From Massalongia carnosa (taxonomy: Eukaryota), in assembly GCA_965645245.1 (NCBI GenBank), contig OZ287072.1, forward strand, positions 434,001 through 498,000: 64,000 nucleotides of DNA, written 5' to 3'. The position numbers and the translations under genes are program-made. Numbering within the stretch: the first letter of the stretch is position 1; each line of letters starts with the position of its first letter. Positions 1 through 11,674 of this stretch are shown piece after piece. The notes beneath the pieces were generated by a model, which saw only the letters and a program-made list of their open reading frames with translations, did no database searches and had not been told where the DNA came from.

Positions 1-3
1 TTC

Positions 4-46
4 TAATCCTAAGTCCTACTAACCCTAAGTCCTAACCCTAAGTCCC
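4..46. repeat. Three copies of a 13-bp telomere-like unit (TAACCCTAAGTCC)
   Basis: taatcctaagtcc at 4-16 and taaccctaagtcc at 20-32 and 33-45. The unit contains the CCCTAA telomeric hexamer. The array may continue beyond the window edge. Confidence 0.6.
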
Positions 47-970
47 ACCGGTGGATTCTTCGGCCTTACTCTAATTTCATGCAGTAGTCCGCATGAATCG
101 AACATCATGGGACATTGAAAGCGTTTCCTCCATGGAATGCATACCGAGTAGTCAGCACTCTTTCATTTGTCCACCATTTGTCCACCTGGCGGCTAATCCA
201 TAGGCTGTCCGCCCCTGCTCCTGCTCCACTTCCCGCTTGCCAGCAAGTTGCAACTTCTTCTGTGTCATCGAAACCTGAACACCGCCTTTTTTACATTTCT
301 TTTTCATCGACAGGGGTATTGATTGCAAGGTGGATGACAAAGCTCTGGCAAACCATTCCTGCACCTTTCGTCCGTCTTGCCTTTTCCCTGTCGATATAAC
401 ATTTGAACACCAAGCACTTCCTCTGTATGGTGGGCTTTGCAGGGCTTCAAATTCCGCCGTCAGCCCCCCAACAGCTCTTGCACATCAGCTCTTGCAGATA
501 TGTGCAACGTCGGCGGTCCGTCGCCTGAACTTGTATCACCTCTCACATAGGTAGTCCAGCATGACAATCCTACCCACAGCGTACTCTGTACAAGGCATCC
601 CATAGAGATACTCGGTAAACGAACTGTGTCCTACTCAGTACATGATACCCGTCCCTCTTATGTTCACGTCGAGTATCCCATGCAAATGCAAATGCAAATC
701 CGTGCCCGCGTGCGTCTGATACCACGAAGCTAGTTAGTGCGGCAACAACTGTCGCCATAACGAAGAGTTTCTCAATCGTACAGTTCCAGGCACGGAGTGC
801 TCCAAGTCGGGTTACCAAATACTTGTTCCTTCAGACGAGTTCTTGCTCAAGTTTTGAAGGAGTACTCGATAGAGTAGATAAAGCATTTACAGGGCAAAAC
901 TAGGTGTGGCGCTATCGTATCCCACCGCGAGATCTCCACCTATCTCAAATCCTGCAATAACGAAGATGGC

Positions 971-2374
971 TTATTTGTTGAAATATTTTGTGATCCTCTG
1001 ACTTCCCTCACCCAGTTTGGTAGGGCTTTCCTTGGTGCCGTTACTGGTCGAACTTCGTTGTCGATGCTTCCTCCCATGCGGCTTTTCAGCCGATGCCGTT
1101 GATGCGTACGCTTCTCTTTTCGCCAACTGGTTCAGTAATATGTTGCTTTCGTCGTCAGCCTCGCGTCTTCGTTTTGACCCTGTGATCTGTGCAGCTAAGG
1201 ACGCAGGGACTGGCAATGGAGCATTATCTTCGGTACTGCCTTGCTCTACCGTAGTTCGCTTTTCTCCATCAGTATGCACAATTCCGGATCCGCTCTTCTT
1301 TACTTGAACTTCATCAGCCGTTATCATGTCTTTTGTTTCACTACCTGAGGCCACCTTCTTAGCGTGGGAGAAGAAGTTTGCAATGTTGTTCTTATTTTCT
1401 GTGCTTGCTACAGGAATAATGAAGGTGGGTGAGTTATTCCCAACCTTCCCGACTTCCTTGCTGACGGCATAGCATTCCAATTCTCCAATATATGGTTTCA
1501 ATAATGATTGTAGTTCCTTTGACCACTCTGAGCGACTGGGATCGAGCCAAGTGCGAATCTGATCAGAGCCATTTTCCAAGATCACTGGCATCCGGTCATG
1601 CAAGAACGAAAGTTGCTTATTCGAATCTGTCGTGATGATTGTATAGGTGTAGTTTTTATCCTCCGAGCCTTGAAACCATCAAAACAGCACTCACACTAGC
1701 TTGGGGGCTGCCTTACCTTCATACTGAACGCAGTCCCACAAACCAGCAAAACACATCAGTTTACCATCTTTTCGCTTGGTGTAGTAAGGGGTCTTTTCTT
1801 TGCCTCCGTTCTTCTTGAGCCATTCGTAAAAACCTTGTGCAACTACAATGCACCGCTTGCCCTTCTTCATAGTATTCCACATCCCCCCGGTTCCTGCCAA
1901 AGAATCATCCCGAGCGTTGATTGTCTTCATCACCGAGCTGTAGCCTGGATTACGTTTTGTCCAGAAGGGGACCAGTCCTGCCTTCTGATCTTAACTGCTG
2001 ATATTGACACAACTTGATTGAGATAGAGGAGCTACACGCACCCCAATTCATAGCCTGGAGCTTGTATCTCGTCTCCTTTACGCCTTCAACCTGAGCCGTA
2101 TGATTTTCGCCAACGCTGGCCATGCCCTGGGTAGATTGGTGTCGAATGCTATCCCCATGATCTGGGACATCGGCTCGATAGACGAGTCCATGACTACCGG
2201 GAGCAAAATTGTATGTTTGCCGGATCTCATCGTCTTCTGGGGCATCCGCTACTGGCATGTCTTGTTGTTCAAGCTGATGGCGAACAAATGATGCCCGCTG
2301 TGTGAAATTAGCGGGCATGTAGGATACGGATTCTTCGTGGCACTTACGATACCCAAGGCATATCGTCCACACAT
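971..2374 (-). CDS. SRAP-domain abasic-site processing protein (HMCES/YedK/DUF159 family), 4 exons
   Basis: Spliced N-terminus MCGRYALGI (ATG at 2374, GTAAGT donor at 2347) carries the catalytic Cys2. Family motifs: YNFAPG, WGLVPFW, TINARDD, RCIVVAQGFYEW, FAGLWD, HDRMPVIL. PIP-like C-terminus QRITKYF. Confidence 0.95.
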
Positions 2375-2659
2375 TTTCCCAGCAAAATCTGATGATAGAC
2401 AAAAGAGGTCGAGTTTAGGGTGGCAAAGCAGAGATCTTTTAGCGAGTAAACGCTAAGTAGGGATTTGCTGTAATCAACTTCATAGTCTCACCAACACAGT
2501 ATAGCATACATAGTTAGATACTCGGCTTGAATCGTGGAATTTGTCCTCGCATTGCGTACTCTTGAACCCTCTTCCCTCCTCCATCTTAGCTACCATGCCT
2601 TCCTGACCCCTTTATATAACTGAAAGCCTAACTTGCGCTCCGTCTCACATCAGTCAGTC

Positions 2660-4115
2660 ATGTTCAGTAGATTGTTCCTCCGCGCTCAGATTTCAACCAG
2701 AGTGTTTCCAGCATGTCGATGTCACGCCATATCAGCAGTACCGTATCCAACGATACCTTCAAGCACAAACCAATCATGGCCTCGATCACGACGAATTACG
2801 ACCCGCGCCGCGGCCAGAAAGGTCTTCAAAGAGAACCCCTTCTCCGTAACTCTAGCCATGATATTGTAATGAGCACCAACCCTCCCTTCGTTTCTCCCCC
2901 TCTTTTTCGCAATGCCCCCCAACGACTGATACTCTCACTACGATCCCAGCATCTTCTCCGGCGCCGGCACGCTCCTCTACGCCAACTACATCTACCGCTC
3001 CTACATCATCGGCGAATTCAAAGCGTACCCGGAACCCGTCGCGGCCAAGCTGCGTCGCGCGCTCTTCTACTCCAACATTGACCTGCAGCCCAACAACGCG
3101 GTGAAGTACTACCGGCAAGCGCTCTCCATCGCCGACGAGCTGGGCATGGACCCCTTCAGTGATGAGATCCTGGGCGTCAAGATCCAGCTGGCCTTCCTGA
3201 TGGAGAAGATCAAGCAGTACGAGAAAGCCATCTTCGTGCTGGAGACGGTGCACGCGGACTGCATCCGGTGGATCGAGCAGCTTGGCGGGAAGCCCGGCAA
3301 CGAGGGGAAGCGGTCGAGGGTGCTGGGAAAGACGGTCGGGATCAGCGCTAAGCTCGGGGAGCTGTACGCGAGCGAGGATATCGACGACCTGGAGGCTGCG
3401 GAGGAGAAGCTGATGTATTCGGTGACGGCCGTGTTGAAGGAGAGGAAGAGAAGGCAGGACGAGGGGGTCAGGGAAGGGGAAGGGCCGTGGATGAGCGACG
3501 AGGAGCAAGGCGCCGCTCTGGAAAGTGAGGCATTCTTTTATGCTCCGTTTTTTGATCGCTCCAAATCTGACCAAACTCCCCTCCATCAGCGCTAGGGAAC
3601 CATTACGAAAAACGCAATCAACACTACCTCGCCGCCCCTCTCTACCTCCAAGCCCTTAGCCTAATCCCCCACACGAACTGCCACGCCGTTGTCCTAAGTA
3701 ACCAATTCCCCTTCCCCCACGCTGTTTTGCCCTGAGCAACTCATCTAACATGAACCCCCCCCCCCCCCCTTTTCTAGTGAACAACCTCTCCATCTCCCTT
3801 GCGCTCCAAAACCCCCCCCCTACCGCCTCCGCCCCGCCTGCAAGCTCGTCCGCCCTGGTCGCCAATGCAGCCGCTTGGGCCCGAAAAGCGATCGCGCTCG
3901 CCGCGACTATCAAGCCGCCCGATCGGACTCCGGAATGTGATGAAGGGTGCGCGGTGGCGATGATTAACCTGGGGGAGTTTGCCCGGTTGGGGGGGGATAC
4001 CGAGGAGGCTAGGAAGCGATATGAGGAGGGGAGGGGGATGAGTCGAAAAGTTGGGTTTGAGGAAGGGGTGGGGAGGGCTGAGGAAGGGCTAAGGGGGTTG
4101 GAGGTGCGGGTTTGA
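2660..4115 (+). CDS. Mitochondrial inner-membrane TPR protein, Mgr3-like (i-AAA protease adaptor family), 4 exons
   Basis: Arg-rich presequence, one TM segment, then YPEPVAAKLRRAL and helical TPR-like repeats (EGPWMSDEEQGAALE, CHAVVLMNNL). GT-AG introns join ORFs 2633, 3101 and 3750. Confidence 0.8.
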
Positions 4116-4322
4116 GGGGGAGCATACTCTGTACATAAGCGTTGGAGTATGTCGAAATTTACGTGGCGACAATTCTTAACGTTAGTGTATGTTCCTTATG
4201 TATCGTTTTCCTCTGAGGGGTACGGCACTAGGTCCTATTTGAGGATTTTTGGCATAGCTAGCATTGAATTTACTAGTAACACGCCCATTCCATATCCCTT
4301 CATATTCACCCACTCCCTTTAC

Positions 4323-5586
4323 CTATTGCCGTGACATGACACCCCACGCCCGAATTAAATTGTCTGTGTACCCCGCAAATAAGGTCTGACCATCGGCGCT
4401 CCATGCCAAGCTGACACACTCTGGCTCGCGGCTCTTCTTGCCGACAGCTGTGTACTCGGGCTTAAGCTCGTCGACCTTACTCTGCTTCTCGAGGTCAAAG
4501 ATAATAATGGAGCTGGCGGTCGCGGCGCATAGCCAGTAGCGATTAGGCGAGAAGGCGAGCGCGTGCATCTCGTCGCCAGCGTGTAGTGAGTAGAGGTGCT
4601 TAGACTCGTTAAGGTCCCACAGCATCGTTGTGCCGTCCTTGCCGCCGGATGCGCACAGGGACCCATCAGGCGAAATAGTTACGGTGTTGATATAGCCCGT
4701 GTGGCCGATATGGTCAGTTTGAATTCGGCATGAGGCGAGGTCCCAGACCTGTTTGGGGTGACAACATGATTAGCACTGAAGAGGGGTTGATGGAGACGTA
4801 AGGCTTTAAAAAGAAGAGCTTAGGAAATGTCATCAGTGCATTGGTGATTGGTTGTCTCATCTCCCTTGGGGGACTCTGAAGTAGCAAATACTTTATTGGT
4901 TGCAAAAGCATCTTTTGACAAGGTATGAGATGTATCGGAAAAAACCAAACCATACCTTTACTAATTTATCCCATCCTGCGCTAACTATGACGGGAGCCTG
5001 AGGGTTGGGGCTGAATCGGACACAAGATACCCATTCTGTATGACCTTTTTCGGTGATGGTGAACTTGCAGTCTCCGAGGGTATTCCATAGCTTGATTGTT
5101 CGATCACGAGAACCTGAGACGATTTGGCGGTTGTCGGCGGAGAAGGAAACGGAAAGGACATCGTTGCTATGGCCAACGAAACGACGAGTCGTAACGCCTG
5201 TAGCTAGTTCCCAAAGACGAAGAGTTTTGTCCCAGGAAGCAGAGAGCGCATATGCTCCATCCGACGAAATAACCTAATTATCTCATTATCAACCCACCTA
5301 TTTCTTTTTGTTGCGGCGAAACATACGCAATCTGAAACAATGTGGGAGTGGCCGTGAAGACTTCGTTTTGGATATCCATAGTTTTGTTCGTCGCGGGTGA
5401 GATTCCAGATGATGAGAGTTTTGTCACGGCTGCCGGAAAGAAGCATATCTGGACTTCATTTACTGTCAGTAACTGAGCGATAAAGTGCTCAAAGAGGTTT
5501 ACAGACTTCTCCAGCGAAGTTGCCAAGCTGGTCACCCATCCGCTATGGCCTTCAAGTGTACCGCGCATCACCAGTTGCTCCTCCAT
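4323..5586 (-). CDS. cpcB: RACK1 / Gbeta-like WD40 ribosomal protein (Asc1/CpcB/cpc-2), 4 exons
   Basis: [86 protein letters not shown]. Three GT-AG introns. Confidence 0.98.
4828..4920 (-). ncRNA. Box C/D snoRNA U24 (snR24 homologue) in RACK1 intron 3
   Basis: Minus strand reads TGTCA-AAAGATG...TATTTGCTACTT-CAGA(D')...ATGAGA(C')...ATCACCAATGCA-CTGA(D)-TGACA. It has a 5-bp terminal stem. The D' guide is complementary to LSU rRNA AGUAGCAAAUA. Yeast U24 is likewise hosted in the ASC1 intron. Confidence 0.9.
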
Positions 5587-7121
5587 GCTGGGCAGAGTCT
5601 CTGGGCGCACTAGAAGGCTATTGGAAGGGTAAGCTGCAGACTCTCAAGCGATTTGATCAAGTCTTACAGAGAAGGTATTCAGCTCTACGGTGAGTTGTGT
5701 GGATTGGAAACCAAATTTCAGGCGTGAAGGTAATATTCGCCCAAAATCCTTCTGTGCGCGATGCTAAGGTTTGCTAAGCGAACAATTACACTGTGGATGT
5801 CTTCATCCTTTTAAATCATGATTGATAAATTTGCCCACGTACTATAAAGTAATTAAGATCAACCAATTATAAGAAAAAAATTCTCTTGGTTTCCAATAAA
5901 CGCCAATTTCCCCCTTATTTGAGTCCCAGCCATACTAACAGTAATCACACAATCGAAATAGAAGATTTACGGAATTATATGTGCAGTGCGCGAGGTAGCA
6001 CAATATGGGTGCAACAGCTGTGGCATGCAATAATGGCACTCCAATGGAGCAGGTTCGGAGAATACAACGGTTCTGGAAATGCCAAACGAAGGGGAGAGGA
6101 AAACAAGAAAGGTTGTGAGAGGCGAAAACACGATACATCGATGCTGCACATGGCAATGTTCCTTCTCTGCACTCACGCCTTTTATATTGCCTGGATTGAG
6201 ATGTTTAAAAGAGGCACTCTGCAGAAAGCGTACCAACCCCCCAATTCTTCCAATTACTAGAAATCCACATGAACCAGTCCCGGACTCCTGATCTCAAGAC
6301 GGCGAGTTTCTCCAGCTTGTTCCACCACGGCCCGATGCTTCTATCGAACTATGATTGGTCCAACCTCCGCTCTTCTAACTTCGCATAGAACTGATCGCGC
6401 TTCCGGACAGCCGGGATGTGGTAGCCTAGGAGACATCAGCATCAATCCTCACTTCCCAGCTTCCTTCTATCACTCAACCGTTAACGTACCATACCAGTAG
6501 AGATACCCAAATGTTGTACCCAAGCCTGTAGGAAACAGAGCTTAGCTTTGCCCGTAGCATCCAGGCCTCAAGAGCTGGTGTTTACTCCCAAATCCCCGGT
6601 CATTAGACTTTCCGTATGGAATGCATACCAAAAGAGACACTGAGATCAAGTACCAACCCTCTCCGAAGCATCTAGGCAGTGTTGTTAGCAACTCTCATAG
6701 CAAACCACATAAATGAACAAGGAGATGAGACGTGATGATAGCTTTTTCCTGGCGTTAAACGGAAATAGCGTTACTCACACCAGTTATTGGTTTGACAGGC
6801 ATCTTCAAGATGGTTGATATGCTTCTCTGAAGCTTCTAGGAAACAACGCGTTTAGGTGGAAGTGGATGAAGTGGTGGGTTCTGATCAAGCTCTGGTAAGT
6901 TGCTGCAAGGGTAGAGTTGATCAATCGCCCGCAAGAGCCAGCCTTATCGGATAGACTTCGGATCTTTGTGCTAAGAGAGTTTCTCAACTTCTTGGATCCT
7001 CAAGCTCCAACCTACATCCAAGAATCTGGCAAGGCTGCTACTCCCAGCAACATTTTCTAAAACAATAGTGATAGTGGTGAAATAGCTACGTTAAGCATAA
7101 TCCTTAAGGTGGAAGTTTTGA

Positions 7122-8501
7122 ACGCTGGAGGATCTACATAATGCAAGGCCGACAACCTCCGCCTCCCCAATTTCATTTCAATGGACGAATAACCTCCACT
7201 CCCCAGAATGGATTGAGGAGAACAAATCCCGCTACTGGGCTAAAGACCCGTCAATCCTACAGACTTTCTCGTTTCCCGGGACGTTCATAACCGGTACCGG
7301 CGCCGGTCTTTACAGCTCAAGTATCCTCCCAGCTCTGGAGCAAGCAGAACACGAAATCATCTTTGTAACCTGCTTCTGGTCCCGTCCAGCCGCCATCGTA
7401 CACACCCTCCTTGCTCTTTCCCAGAAATTTCTCAGTAATCGCCAATCCGGAGCCCGCAAGCTTCGCGTTCGCCTTTGCCTCTCCTCTCGCTCCTTTTTCC
7501 AAAAACTATTCCACACTTCGTCGCCGGCCGGCTACATCTACCCTCCATGTCAATGGGCCCCCAAACTCGGCCTACCGTCCCCGGAAGCCCTCCAGGGGCT
7601 CGACTTGGAGGTCAAAAGCGTCTTCATCCTCCCCTTTAGCGTGATGCACCCTAAGTTCGTCATCATCGACCGCCAGCGTGCCCTGCTGCCAAGCTGCAAT
7701 CTGACTTACGGGTCATGGTTTGAATGCTGCATCTCATTCACCGGTCCGATCGTCTCTTCGCTTTTTCAATTCTGGCGCTCTTTTTGGGGCGTCGACGGTT
7801 TCACCCCCGCCGAATTTGCTCAACCCGCTCAACCACCTTCAACGTGGTCTTTCCCGATAACCCTCCTCCCCTCCCCCCACCACCGATTTCCCTCATTCAG
7901 ACCTTTCCTCTCCCCGCCAACCCCCCCTCCAACTCCCCTCAACACCATGCTGCTCCACCTCATCTCCACAGCCACTATCTCACTCACCTTTCTCACCCCC
8001 AACCTTACCTCTCCGCCCCTCTTGTCCGCCTTGCTCGCCGCTCTTAAACGCGGTGTCTCAGTGACCATAATCACGAACCGCTGCATGATGATCGTAGAAC
8101 AGCTCGTCACGGCAGGCACAGTCTCGGAGCTTTCCATCTGGCGCCTCGTCCGCCGGTATAAAGCCCTTCTCAGATCGGCTCAAGCGCGAGGAACGAATGC
8201 CAGCCGTGCCACCGGTCTCGATGGAGAAGCGGAAGCAGGCCTAGCGCCAACACCACCAGGAAACCTCCGAGTGCGCTACTTCACCTCGGGCCGAGCCCCT
8301 GGCGGCTGCAAAAAAACCCACGTCAAATGTACCGTCGTCGATGACGCGGTCGTAGTGCTTGGAAGCGGCAACATGGATCGCGCGAGCTGGTTCACGAGTC
8401 AGGAGCTGGGGGTGGCGATCGAGGGACGAGAGGTGGTGAGGGCGATTTGGGCGGAGTTGGAGATGGCGCTTGAGGGAAGGTTGCAGCGGTTTTTTGGATA
8501 G
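7122..8501 (+). CDS. Phospholipase D/nuclease superfamily protein with two HKD motifs; start codon unresolved
   Basis: HPKFVIID...SCN and HVKCTVVD...GSGNMD motifs. The frame is open from 7122 (after TGA at 7119) and encodes a family-like N-terminal part (GTGAGLY...AEHEIIFVTCFW), but the first in-frame ATG lies only at the first HKD motif. Confidence 0.85.
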   Translation, partial: TLEDLHNARPTTSASPISFQWTNNLHSPEWIEENKSRYWAKDPSILQTFSFPGTFITGTGAGLYSSSILPALEQAEHEIIFVTCFWSRPAAIVHTLLALSQKFLSNRQSGARKLRVRLCLSSRSFFQKLFHTSSPAGYIYPPCQWAPKLGLPSPEALQGLDLEVKSVFILPFSVMHPKFVIIDRQRALLPSCNLTYGSWFECCISFTGPIVSSLFQFWRSFWGVDGFTPAEFAQPAQPPSTWSFPITLLPSPHHRFPSFRPFLSPPTPPPTPLNTMLLHLISTATISLTFLTPNLTSPPLLSALLAALKRGVSVTIITNRCMMIVEQLVTAGTVSELSIWRLVRRYKALLRSAQARGTNASRATGLDGEAEAGLAPTPPGNLRVRYFTSGRAPGGCKKTHVKCTVVDDAVVVLGSGNMDRASWFTSQELGVAIEGREVVRAIWAELEMALEGRLQRFFG

Positions 8502-9166
8502 GTGGGTTGAGACCTTAAAAACAATAGGCCAAAAGTTTTTATATCAAATAGTTGGGTTTCCCCAAACGTATATCTCTAATCCATCTGCTATCTTATCCAC
8601 CCCTCCATGTACCCATGTATATATCCTCCCCTCCCCCTCAAGCTCCCGTCAGCCAGTCATCTATCTATCAATTTGCCACTCAAATCCTCCACGCTGTTGA
8701 AGAAGTGGTTTCCCCCTTGATTTTTCCATGCATCCAGTAAACGTTTACTTTTTTGGTTTTTTTTATATTTTTTTATTTTAGGAAAACCCCCCTCCCCCTC
8801 ATTGAAAAAACCCATGAAGAAACCAAGCTACCTCCCCACCCACCCACCCATCACACGAAATAGGCCATCTCCCTAGAGCGAAGACCCTTCCCCCCCTCCC
8901 CCAACCTCAACACCCCCCCGTCTCCGTCTCCGCCTCCTTCTCCGCCTTCGCCTTCCCCCTCCCCGCGCCTCCTGCTCCCCCCGCAAAAGGCGGGCGCACC
9001 AGTTCGCCCGCGGCCGCCTTGGCAGGATTGCAGACGTGGCACCAGGCGAGCCCGAAGCCGCAACCGTTGCAGATGAAGCATGGACGTACTCTTCAAAAAT
9101 TCGGTTCCGAGAGACGTGGAGTCATGTTAGCAAAAAAAAAAACCACGAACTATGGATTTTTCCTCA

Positions 9167-9231
9167 TCTCTCTCTCTCTCTCTCGCTCTCTCTCGCTCTC
9201 TCTCGCTCTCTCTCGCTCTCTCTCGCTCTCT
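9167..9231. repeat. CT-rich microsatellite with 5 x TCTCGCTCTC
   Basis: Read directly: (TC)n followed by five 10-bp units at 9181-9230. Confidence 0.95.
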
Positions 9232-11674
9232 GTGGATGGATGGATGGTTGTTGAGAAGAGGGAAAAGGAGAGGGGGATAAGATATATGGGATGGGGTGGG
9301 GAAGCAAAGGGGGAAAGGGATTAAACGGACCGCTTGAAACTCCCTGCGCAATCGGGGCAGGGGATGGGCGTGAGGCCGGCGAGGCAGCTGTGATGCTGAG
9401 CTGGATATAGGGATATGAAAGAGCATGCGTTGGCGCCGTCGGAGAGAGGGGGCCGTTGGGACATGTTGGTGTTATTGGTGAGTTTTAGGGGCGTGAGAGC
9501 GTCCAGAATTAGGTTAAAAGATTGTGGTTGGGAGGGGTGTTAATATATGATAGGCTGAAGGCGAAAGCGGTCTGTACGCGTCGAGCTTGGTATCAAGAGA
9601 TGGTTGGTGTTGATTTTGTTGGTCGTTGTTGTTCGGAGGGTGGTGATGTGAGCCCTTTTATAATTCCTTCTGATTTGGTCTGAACGAGGAGTAGGGTGAT
9701 ACTGGGTGCTTCGTAATGCCTGCCGACCTTCCAACCACATCTCCCAGCGCCTAGTCCTCTCATAATCCAGTCTTTTTCTTGGGAATGATCCAGCGCCGTG
9801 TGACGGTGTACCTCACGGAGGCAATGACATGTCTAAGGTCATGAGTTCCCACGAGACCCTTCGTCTTCCTACAATAATCCACATGACAGCGTGGTGGTTT
9901 TCTTTGAATGCTGCTAACTAGTGGCGAGCTCGAACGAACTGTTTCTGCCCCTCGCTGCTCTGTTAGTTCTTACGGCAGTGCGACCAAAAAATGGGGATGC
10001 CTACAATGCAGTCAGCCAAGCAATGTACATATCGTTTGGGAGATTCACCTGCAGCACTTACTGATAGAAGAGAGAGAACGAGAGAAGACTTGAATGATAT
10101 CATCCAAACGAAAACGACACCGGTAAGGTACTTAAAGCTATTGCCAAGCTTTCTACTTTGTGGAGCGCCAAAACATAATGCAGAGTGTGGGCATTCACAC
10201 AGAGCAATATACACCAATGGCGAAGCGGCTATTACCAGATCATTATCAGAATCCGAGGATTAAAGTCATGCAACGTAAGACCAAAAGCATCAGATAAAGC
10301 TCTTTCGTCTCGTCCCCAAGCTTGTTATTGATGTTGCACTATATATCGGCGAGCAGGAGAGTGTGACCACATGCGAACAACATCATGGGAAAGCCAGCCA
10401 GCCACAGCCAAAGCACGAGAATTAACTTAGCGCTTGTCTTCGACCAATCGAAGCAACTGATATTATGTTACCATGCCAATGCCACGCTGAAGTCGGAGTC
10501 GTTCCTGCGTCGTGTAATGTCTTACGTGACACCGCATTCTTGACAGGTTTAAGATGGGACAGACTGGCCCAGGGCCACGGCAGAGAAAGTGCGAGCGCTG
10601 AATTTTCGATAAAACCAAAAGGCGATCTGACAAAGGGAACTCGATCTCTGCAGATGTCCTCGTGAAAGCGTAGTCGCGTGAAAGCCGACAAGAGTTTCAA
10701 CAGTCCGTCCGCTTCACAGAGTGCACAAAGTGGCGGGACTGTGCATAACAGGTTGGTAGGATATCCGTCGAACCTCCCGTAAGAGGGCGAGGGCGAGGAA
10801 GGGACTGTACCGCAGGATAACACTGCCAAATTCGAATTTCAGCTACATACTGAGGTCCGAAACCTTAACAAGAACTCACATGGGGTTCCAGCAAAATGAG
10901 ATCAACAGGTGTTGGAAGAGATCTGGCAGGCATCCGTCAAGCGTTTGTGCTCATTCAACATACCCGTTTCGTGCAACACCAATAGCTACATCATAAAGGC
11001 GGTCTGGGGGCGGCATCTATGTATAAGGATGCAGCGTCGAGATCCCACCTTGGCTACCAAGCTGGTCTCGCTTTTCTCATCTTCTTGAGGCAAACTGCAT
11101 GGCTAAGACTGTTGATTGCGACTATCATGAACGGCAGAAAGCTTTGTCAGTATGTCGGAAGTTCAAGACATGACAACCAGCTCTTGCCTGTCGTTAGCCG
11201 ACATTAGTACTAACAATACACCAAAAATAAATTCGCTTTGGCAATATAAATATTGCACGAGCTTTCACAGGATAACATGAAACTGGGGGAATCGGTCATC
11301 ATGCAAGATTGGTGTAGAGTTAGAGTCAGGACTATAATCTGTAAACAAGCCATAGGGCAACCTGAAATTTTTGGATAGGTAAAACGGCCGTAATCGTAGA
11401 GTAGAGTGACATTGACACTGCATGTGCATGAAAGGTCTTTCTCTGAAGCCACAAGTAACTACTTCCCACCGTAAACCATGAGATAGCTACGAAACCCGTA
11501 GAGACATTCCCAACCTATGTGCCACGCCTGAGCAAGTGAAAAATCATCCCGTGTCTCCCCAAACTACCAACCGGATAATCTTGTAAAGAGCCAACGCCAG
11601 ATCAGCATGATCAGAATATTAGTTTAAATGAAGCAAGATGATTGTCGCCTGTTGAATAAGTACGAGTCTGCGAC

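Noticed and set aside
2852..3586. 244-aa antisense ORF and similar long shadow ORFs opposite real genes
   Set aside because: They mirror the GC-rich codon usage of the sense-strand gene and show no protein motifs.
8550..11600. Protein gene, telomerase RNA or ribozyme in the 3-kb gap after the PLD gene
   Set aside because: ORFs are short, low-complexity or lack recognisable motifs. No template CTAACCCTAA, tRNA, snRNA or complete hammerhead core was found by eye. An RNA covariance search would be needed to exclude it.
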